Shown here piece by piece: positions 58,141 to 64,000 of a DNA stretch of 64,000 bases. A program made the position numbers and the translations under genes. The stretch's first letter is position 1. Every line of letters begins with the position of its first letter. Source of the stretch: Armatimonadota bacterium (lineage in GTDB: Bacteria; Armatimonadota; SYMT01); assembly GCA_046292385.1 (NCBI GenBank), contig JBKBRF010000002.1, forward strand, positions 171,653 through 235,652. Direction: 5' to 3'. The notes beneath the pieces were generated by a model. That model saw nothing but the letters and a program-made list of their open reading frames with translations, was not told where the DNA came from and did not search any database.

Positions 58141-58980
58141 ATGCGGGAGATCATCGACGCCCACGTGCACGTCTGGACCCCGGACACGGAGCGCTACCCG
58201 CTGGCGGCGGGCTACACTCGAGAGAACATGCGGCCCCGGAGCTTCACGCCGGAGGAGCTGTTCGCCCACTGCCGCCCGGAGGGAGTGCGCCGCGTGGTGC
58301 TGATCCAGATGAGCTTCTACGGTTTCGACAACCGCTACATGCTCGACAGCATGCGGCGCTTCCCTGGGGTCTTCTCCGGCGTGGCGGTGATCGACTGGAC
58401 CGCTCCCCGCCCGGACGAGGAGATGGCGCGGCTGGCGAAGGAGGGAGTCCGCGGCTTCCGCATCCGGAGCGGCGACACCCCGGCGCCCGACTGGGCGGAG
58501 ACGGAGCCGCTCGACCGGATGTTCCGCACGGCGGCGGAGCGGCGGCTGGCGATCTGCCCCCTGCTCGGCCCGAACGCCCTCCCCTCGCTCGCGCGGATGT
58601 GCGCGCGCCACCTCAAGACGCCGGTGGTGATCGACCACCTGGCCCGGATCGGCTTCGACGGGGAGATCCGCGAGGCGGACGTCCACGCGCTCTGCCAGAT
58701 GGCCCACTTCCCGGAGGTGCGGGTCAAGGTCTCCGCCTTCTACGCGCTCGGGAAGAAGCGCCCGCCCCACGCGGAACTGGAGCCGGTGATCCGCCGCGTC
58801 CACGAGGCGTTCGGGGCGAAGCGGCTGATGTGGGCGAGCGACTGCCCCTTCGCGGTGCAGGAGGAGCGGTACGTCGACAGCCTGGCGCTGGTCCGCGACC
58901 GCTGCCCCTGGCTGAAGCCGGACGAGCGAGAGTGGCTCCTAAGGCGGACGGCGGAGGATACCTTCTTCCGCCCAGAGTGA
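58141..58980 (+). CDS. Amidohydrolase_2 family protein (sugar lactonase-like)
   Basis: IIDAHVHVW, DN.Y, GVRGFR, VVIDHLA, VKVS, RLMWASDCP; GGAGG SD. Confidence 0.92.
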   Translation: MREIIDAHVHVWTPDTERYPLAAGYTRENMRPRSFTPEELFAHCRPEGVRRVVLIQMSFYGFDNRYMLDSMRRFPGVFSGVAVIDWTAPRPDEEMARLAKEGVRGFRIRSGDTPAPDWAETEPLDRMFRTAAERRLAICPLLGPNALPSLARMCARHLKTPVVIDHLARIGFDGEIREADVHALCQMAHFPEVRVKVSAFYALGKKRPPHAELEPVIRRVHEAFGAKRLMWASDCPFAVQEERYVDSLALVRDRCPWLKPDEREWLLRRTAEDTFFRPE

Positions 58981-59344
58981 GGGATGAGAGAGAAGGATGA
59001 GCGATGAGGGATGAAGGATGAATCCGAACCCTCCATACCCGGCCGTCCTGCTCCTGCTCAACACCCCACGTCCGGCCGATCCCTCGCACTTCCCGCCGGG
59101 TTGAGGGCCGGATTCCGGCCCCTCGGCCCGGGTCGCCGCCTTTTCATCCGACGGCTCGTTTGCTACTTCCCCTGGCGATTGGTTTTGGCTAAAATCTTGC
59201 GGTTTCTGCGCGGCGCGTTATCAGGGATGGGGAAGCCTGCTCCTGGAGCCCCAGTTTGCGCCGGGAGCCACCAACCAAGGTCCTGCTGTTCTCGGGCCCA
59301 GCAAAACTGGCCGAAACGGCCCCTCTAGGGAAGTTAGCGAATAG

Positions 59345-62300
59345 ATGAAGTCTGATCCGTTGGGCGCCGGGGGCGCCCAGCCGTCTTCGCGCGCGTGCGC
59401 CGGAGTCGGGATCCTCTGCGCGGTCTCCGCGCTGCTGTCGCTCGGGGCGATGGCTCCGAGCCGTCCCGCCGCCGCTGCGCCGTCCGACGCGGCGGTGCGT
59501 GCCGCTTACGAGCGGCTGCCGCTCACCTTCGAGCCGAACCTGGGGCAGACCGATCCCCGGGTGAAGTTCATGGCCCGGGGACCGGGCTACAACCTCTATC
59601 TCACCGGCTCCGAGGCGGTGCTGAGCCTGCCGTCCGCGGGCGAGCGGCGCGGCGAGGTGCTGCGGATGCAGGTCGAGGGCGCGCGCCCGGCGCCGCGGGC
59701 GCGGGGTCTCTCCCGCCTGGAAGGGAAGGTCAACTACTTCCGCGGCGCCGACCGCAGCAAGTGGCTCCGAAATGTCTCGACCTACGGCCGGGTGCAGTTC
59801 GATGAGGTCTATCCCGGCATCGACCTGGTCTACTACGGCGCCCAGAGCGAGCTGGAGTACGACTTCGTGGTGAAGCCGGGCGCCGATCCGGAGGCCGTCA
59901 AGCTCCGCTTCTCCGGAGCGAAGCGGCTGGAGGTCGACGCGAAGGGCGACCTGCTGCTCCACACCACCTCGGGCCCGGTGCGCCAGCATCGGCCGGTGGT
60001 CTATCAGGAGGTCGACGGCCGGCGCCGCCTGGTCCCCGCGCGGTACGAGCTGCTGGCCGGCAACCGCGTGAAGTTCGCGCTGGGGAGCTACGACCGCGCC
60101 CGCACGCTGGTGATCGATCCCGTCCTGACCTACTCCTCCTACCTGGGCGGCTGGTACGCCGACGCGGGATACGCAATCGCGACCGATGGCAACGGCGCGG
60201 CGATCGTGGCCGGGCAAACCAGCTCCTGGGACTTCCCGCTCCAGAACCCGATTCAGGAGTTCCAGTCCAGCTTCGTCGAGGCGTTCGTCACCCGCTTCAA
60301 CACGAGCGGCTCCACGATCGTCTACTCCACCTTCATCGGCGGCTCGGAGGATGACCGCGCCACCGGCGTGGCGATCGACGGAACCGGCGCGGTCTACGTG
60401 GCCGGCCGTACCGCGTCGGAAGACTTTCCGGAGCTGAACGGGGTGCAGCAGACCTATGGCGGCGGCGGCAGCGACGCCTTCGTGGTGAAGCTGGCGCCGA
60501 GCGGCTCCGCCATCGTCTACTCCACGTACGTGGGCGGCAGCGACACCGACGGCTCCAGCGGTGTGGCGCTGGCGGTGACCGGCAGCGGCGAGGCGGTGAT
60601 CGGGGGCGAGACCCGCTCCAGCGACTTCCCGAAGACGAATGCGCGCGGCTTCGGCGGGGGCGTCTTCGACGGCTTCTTGACGAAGCTTTCGGCAGACGGC
60701 CAGAGCTTTGTGTTCTCCACCTACCTGGGCGGCAGCAGCTACGACGCCGTGCAGGCAGTGGCGGTCGACGGCGCGGGCGCGGTCTATGCCGCCGGCGGGA
60801 CCGAGTCGTCGAACTTCCCCGTGCTGGGCTCTCTGCACGCGCACGCCGGCGGGTCCGACGCCTTCGTCACCAAGCTCTCGGCGAACGGCAGCACCCAGGC
60901 CTACGGCACCTTCCTCGGCGGCACGAATGACGAGACCGCCTACGGGCTGGCGGTCGACGGCTCCGGCGCGGCGTACGTCGTCGGGAAGACCACCTCGACC
61001 AACTTCCCCACCAGCACTGCCTATGACGCGACGCTGGGCGGCTCGCAGGACGCGTTCCTCGTCAAGTTGAACGCGTCCGGCGGCGGGCGGGTCTACTCCA
61101 CGTACCTGGGCGGCAGCAACCGGGAGACGGCCCACGCCGTGGCGGTGGACGGCTCCGGTGCAGCCTATGTGGTAGGTGCCACCGAATCGGCGGACTTCCC
61201 GATCCAGAGCCCGAGCCAGCGCGTCTACGGCGGCGGCACCGGGCCGGAGGGAGACGGCTTCGTAACCAAGTTCCGCGCCGCGGGCACCTCGCTCCACTAC
61301 TCCACCTTCGTCGGGGGGAGCGAGAGTGATGCCGCCTACGGCGTGGCGGTCCACGGCAGCGTTGCGAGCGTGACGGGGCGGACCGCCTCGCCCGACTTCC
61401 CGCTGGCCTCCGCGCGGCAGCCGATCTTGAATGGCGAGGACGGCTCCGACGAGACTGACGCCTTCCTGGTACGCCTCACCAGCAGCGGCACCTCCGCTCC
61501 GGCCGCTCCCGGCAGCCTGAACGGCACGGTCGTCTCCACCTCGCGCGTCGACCTCTCCTGGGCCGACGCGAGCAACAACGAGGATGGATTCGAGATCGAG
61601 CGGAAGGTCCAGGGCGGCGTCTACAGCGTCATCGGACAGTCCGCGAAGGACACGACCACCTTCACCGACAGCACGGTCGCGGAGAACGTCACCTACGTCT
61701 ACCGCGTCCGGGCAGTGAACGACTTCGACTACTCCGGTTACTCCCCGGAGAAGACGATCCAGGTGGTGGTGCAGGGTGCTCCGAACGCTCCGTCCGGCCT
61801 CGTGGCTACTCCGGTCTCGAGCAGCCGGATCGACCTGCGCTGGATCGACAACAGCGACAACGAGATCCGGTTCGAGGTGGAGCGGAAGTCGGAAGGCGGC
61901 GGATACGCCGTGATCGGTACCACCAACCCGGGCGTGGTTGCCTTCTCCGATACGAACGCCTCCAGCGGCGTGACCTATACCTACCGCGTGCGGGCGATCG
62001 GCGTAAGCGGCAACTCCGGCTACTCGACCGAGGTCTCCGTCTCCACGCCCAACGAGGGTGCTCCGAACGCTCCTGGCACTCTCCAGGCGAGCGCCGTCTC
62101 CTCCACACGGGTCAACCTGACGTGGCAGGATCTGAGCTCGGACGAGACCGGCTTCAAGATCGAGCGCCGCACGGCGAGCACCGCGTATACGCAGATCGGC
62201 ACCGCTGCGGCGGGGGCGACCAGCTACTCCGATACGACGGCGAACGCCGGCACCACCTACACCTACCGGGTGCGGGCGACGAACGGCAACGGCGACTCGC

Positions 62301-62941
62301 TCTACTCGAACGAAGCCACCGCTACCACTTCCGGCAGCGGTGGTGGGGACCGGCCGGCCGTGCCGACCGGGATCAGCGCCACGGCACTCTCCAGCCGGCG
62401 GGTGCAGGTCTCCTGGACCGACGCGAGCAATAACGAGACCGGGTTCAAGATCGAGCGTAAGAGCGGCACCGGCGACTTCGCGGAAGTCGGCACCGCCGCC
62501 GCGAACGCCACTTCGTTCCTGGACCAGACGGTGCAGCCCGGCACGCAGTACACCTACCGCGTGCGGAGTGCCAACGCCGCCGGCTCCTCGGACCCGTCCG
62601 GCGAGGCGACGGTCACCACGCCGTCGCAGAGCGGCAAGCTGCTGGCACCGAAGCAGCGGACGCTCGACTTCGGCACCCTGAAGCCGGGCAAGACCAAGAC
62701 GAAGCCGATCAAGCTGAAGAACATCGGCAGCGGACCGCTCTACGTCGAGATCCCTGCCCCCGCCGCGCCGTACACCGCGACCCCGGTCGGCGGGGTCGTG
62801 ATCGCTGCCAAGCAGACGCTGACGGTGAACGTTCAGTTCGCTCCGACCGCGAAGGGCTCGTTCAAGAGCAGCCTGACCGTGACCACCGACGAGAACGGCG
62901 GGCGCAGCGTCAAGTTCAACCTGAAGGGCAAGCGGAAGTAA
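59345..62941 (+). CDS. Large secreted protein: SBBP beta-propeller repeats, four FN3 domains, C-terminal ASH-like Ig domain
   Basis: LPLTFEPNLGQTD, VYPGIDLVYY, LVIDPVL, repeated YSTYLGGS..D....AVDG.G..YVAG.T.S, four W.D.S.NE.GF.IER...Y.YRVRA units, LDFG. Confidence 0.9.
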   Translation: MKSDPLGAGGAQPSSRACAGVGILCAVSALLSLGAMAPSRPAAAAPSDAAVRAAYERLPLTFEPNLGQTDPRVKFMARGPGYNLYLTGSEAVLSLPSAGERRGEVLRMQVEGARPAPRARGLSRLEGKVNYFRGADRSKWLRNVSTYGRVQFDEVYPGIDLVYYGAQSELEYDFVVKPGADPEAVKLRFSGAKRLEVDAKGDLLLHTTSGPVRQHRPVVYQEVDGRRRLVPARYELLAGNRVKFALGSYDRARTLVIDPVLTYSSYLGGWYADAGYAIATDGNGAAIVAGQTSSWDFPLQNPIQEFQSSFVEAFVTRFNTSGSTIVYSTFIGGSEDDRATGVAIDGTGAVYVAGRTASEDFPELNGVQQTYGGGGSDAFVVKLAPSGSAIVYSTYVGGSDTDGSSGVALAVTGSGEAVIGGETRSSDFPKTNARGFGGGVFDGFLTKLSADGQSFVFSTYLGGSSYDAVQAVAVDGAGAVYAAGGTESSNFPVLGSLHAHAGGSDAFVTKLSANGSTQAYGTFLGGTNDETAYGLAVDGSGAAYVVGKTTSTNFPTSTAYDATLGGSQDAFLVKLNASGGGRVYSTYLGGSNRETAHAVAVDGSGAAYVVGATESADFPIQSPSQRVYGGGTGPEGDGFVTKFRAAGTSLHYSTFVGGSESDAAYGVAVHGSVASVTGRTASPDFPLASARQPILNGEDGSDETDAFLVRLTSSGTSAPAAPGSLNGTVVSTSRVDLSWADASNNEDGFEIERKVQGGVYSVIGQSAKDTTTFTDSTVAENVTYVYRVRAVNDFDYSGYSPEKTIQVVVQGAPNAPSGLVATPVSSSRIDLRWIDNSDNEIRFEVERKSEGGGYAVIGTTNPGVVAFSDTNASSGVTYTYRVRAIGVSGNSGYSTEVSVSTPNEGAPNAPGTLQASAVSSTRVNLTWQDLSSDETGFKIERRTASTAYTQIGTAAAGATSYSDTTANAGTTYTYRVRATNGNGDSLYSNEATATTSGSGGGDRPAVPTGISATALSSRRVQVSWTDASNNETGFKIERKSGTGDFAEVGTAAANATSFLDQTVQPGTQYTYRVRSANAAGSSDPSGEATVTTPSQSGKLLAPKQRTLDFGTLKPGKTKTKPIKLKNIGSGPLYVEIPAPAAPYTATPVGGVVIAAKQTLTVNVQFAPTAKGSFKSSLTVTTDENGGRSVKFNLKGKRK

Positions 62942-62964
62942 CGCCGCCGGCCTCACCGTCACGC

Positions 62965-62995
62965 AGGGGGGATGGCTCCGGCCATCCCCCTTTCT
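62965..62995 (+). terminator. Intrinsic terminator
   Basis: gggggatggc-tccg-gccatccccc followed by tttct. Confidence 0.75.
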
Positions 62996-63064
62996 CGTAC
63001 CGTGAAGGGGCTCCAGCGCCGCGTCCCGCTGCCGATAATCGGGCTGACGAGGACGACCACCGCG

Positions 63065-63436
63065 ATGCTCTTCCACCGCACCTTTCTGCTGCTCGACGAC
63101 CACAGCGGCTCCCGCGAGGAGCTGCGGGGCATCATCCGCCACGCCGGCGCCACCATCCTCGGCACCGCCGGCACCACCGACGAGGCGCTGGAGCGGGTGG
63201 CACAGCTTCGGCCGGACGCGGTGGTGATCGACGTCAACCTGCCGGGCACCTACGACCCGATCGTGACGATCCAGCGCATGCGCCGCCTGGTGCCGGAGCT
63301 GACCGTCTTCTGCACCGGCAGCGCCAGCCAGTCCGCGGTGATGATGGAGGCGCTCTCCATGGGCGCGTCCGACTTCTTCCTCAAGCCGCTCCAGCAGCGC
63401 ACCGTCTCCGACTGTCTACAGCGCAACCTCGGCTGA
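63065..63436 (+). CDS. Single-domain response regulator (CheY-like)
   Basis: FLLLDD, PDAVVIDVNLP, CTG, GASDFFLKP; start uncertain. Confidence 0.85.
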   Translation: MLFHRTFLLLDDHSGSREELRGIIRHAGATILGTAGTTDEALERVAQLRPDAVVIDVNLPGTYDPIVTIQRMRRLVPELTVFCTGSASQSAVMMEALSMGASDFFLKPLQQRTVSDCLQRNLG

Positions 63437-64000
63437 AGGGCGGACCGGCTCCGGCACGCCGGAGCGGAGGGAGCGCTCGAGCGCGTCGGCGGTCGCCTGC
63501 GCGGCGCGGGCCGCGTGGAGGTCGGCCCCCGGCGGAGCTCCGGTGCGGATCGACTCCAGCCACGCCTCCAGCGCCGCCCGCAGGCCCGGCGAGGCTTCTG
63601 GGGGAAGGTCCACGCGCAGCTCCCGCGGCTCCGCGTCGTCCCGGGCGAGCGCGAGCGTGCCGGTGTGGAAGCAGGCATGGAGACTGCCCGCGGTGCCCTG
63701 AACCAGCAGGCTCGGCCCCTGCCCGGCATCCGTGCGCAGCTCCGCCGTCAGCTGCGGGTACTCCAGCACGATCGCCAGCGACCGCGGCGGGCGCTCCGAG
63801 GTCGGCGCGGCGAACGCCCGCCGCGGCGTCTCGCCGGTGAGCAGGTGAACGAGATCCAGCCACTCCAGCGGCAGCGCGGCGCGCGGGGAGAAGACGCCTT
63901 CCAGCGCTCGCAGCGAGCCGAGCTCGCCCGACTGGAGCGCGGCGAGGGCGGAGCGGGCGACGGCGCTGCACCGCAGCTCCAGGCCGGTCTGGTAGACCGT
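63416..64000 (-). CDS. Gfo/Idh/MocA family oxidoreductase-like protein, C-terminal part (5' end outside window)
   Basis: Frame open to the window edge: GLELR.S...ALQSGELG, WLDLVHLL.G, VQGTAGS, WLESIRTG, ADALERS.RSG. Confidence 0.7.
   Translation of the reverse strand, partial: TVYQTGLELRCSAVARSALAALQSGELGSLRALEGVFSPRAALPLEWLDLVHLLTGETPRRAFAAPTSERPPRSLAIVLEYPQLTAELRTDAGQGPSLLVQGTAGSLHACFHTGTLALARDDAEPRELRVDLPPEASPGLRAALEAWLESIRTGAPPGADLHAARAAQATADALERSLRSGVPEPVRPSAEVAL

Noticed and set aside
59189..63142. 1317-aa minus-strand ORF, the longest in the track
   Set aside because: Antisense to the clearly recognisable SBBP/FN3 gene; no domain signal

Overview
A 64-kb, very GC-rich bacterial chromosomal segment with about 48 protein genes and no rRNA, tRNA, CRISPR array, transposase or integrase that I can recognise. 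The DUF1559-type prepilin (FTLLELL...FPVCAQVREKARQ..CLSN...DGH), planctomycete-style DUF1549/DUF1553/DUF1501 genes and outer-membrane beta-barrels suggest a diderm such as Armatimonadota (inference). Recognisable genes: a two-component pair upstream of pilB/pilC-type genes, a PagL-family barrel, two PIN-type toxin-antitoxin modules, a sigma factor-porin-P-II cluster, bioA-bioF-bioD, murQ, an FmdB zinc-ribbon gene, an ABC-2 operon, ppk1, a LeuB/IDH-family dehydrogenase, miaA, msrA and many secreted hypothetical proteins. The most striking signals are non-coding. (1) A ~220-250-nt element occurs four times (14392, 26284, 26656, 50394) with diverged sequence but conserved, covarying stems; its G-U pairs all point to one strand, which in each copy is co-oriented with a neighbouring gene. 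Two copies sit inside ~523-bp composite units arranged as an inverted pair. It is a candidate new structured RNA or non-autonomous mobile element. (2) A perfect CIRCE operator behind a near-consensus sigma70 promoter precedes the FmdB zinc-ribbon gene rather than a chaperone gene. (3) Modular 6-9-nt tandem and palindromic repeats fill the intergenic spaces, overlap the stop codons of three genes and form a 49-codon in-frame insertion in a DUF1553 protein. All family assignments come from motif recognition by eye; no database search was run.
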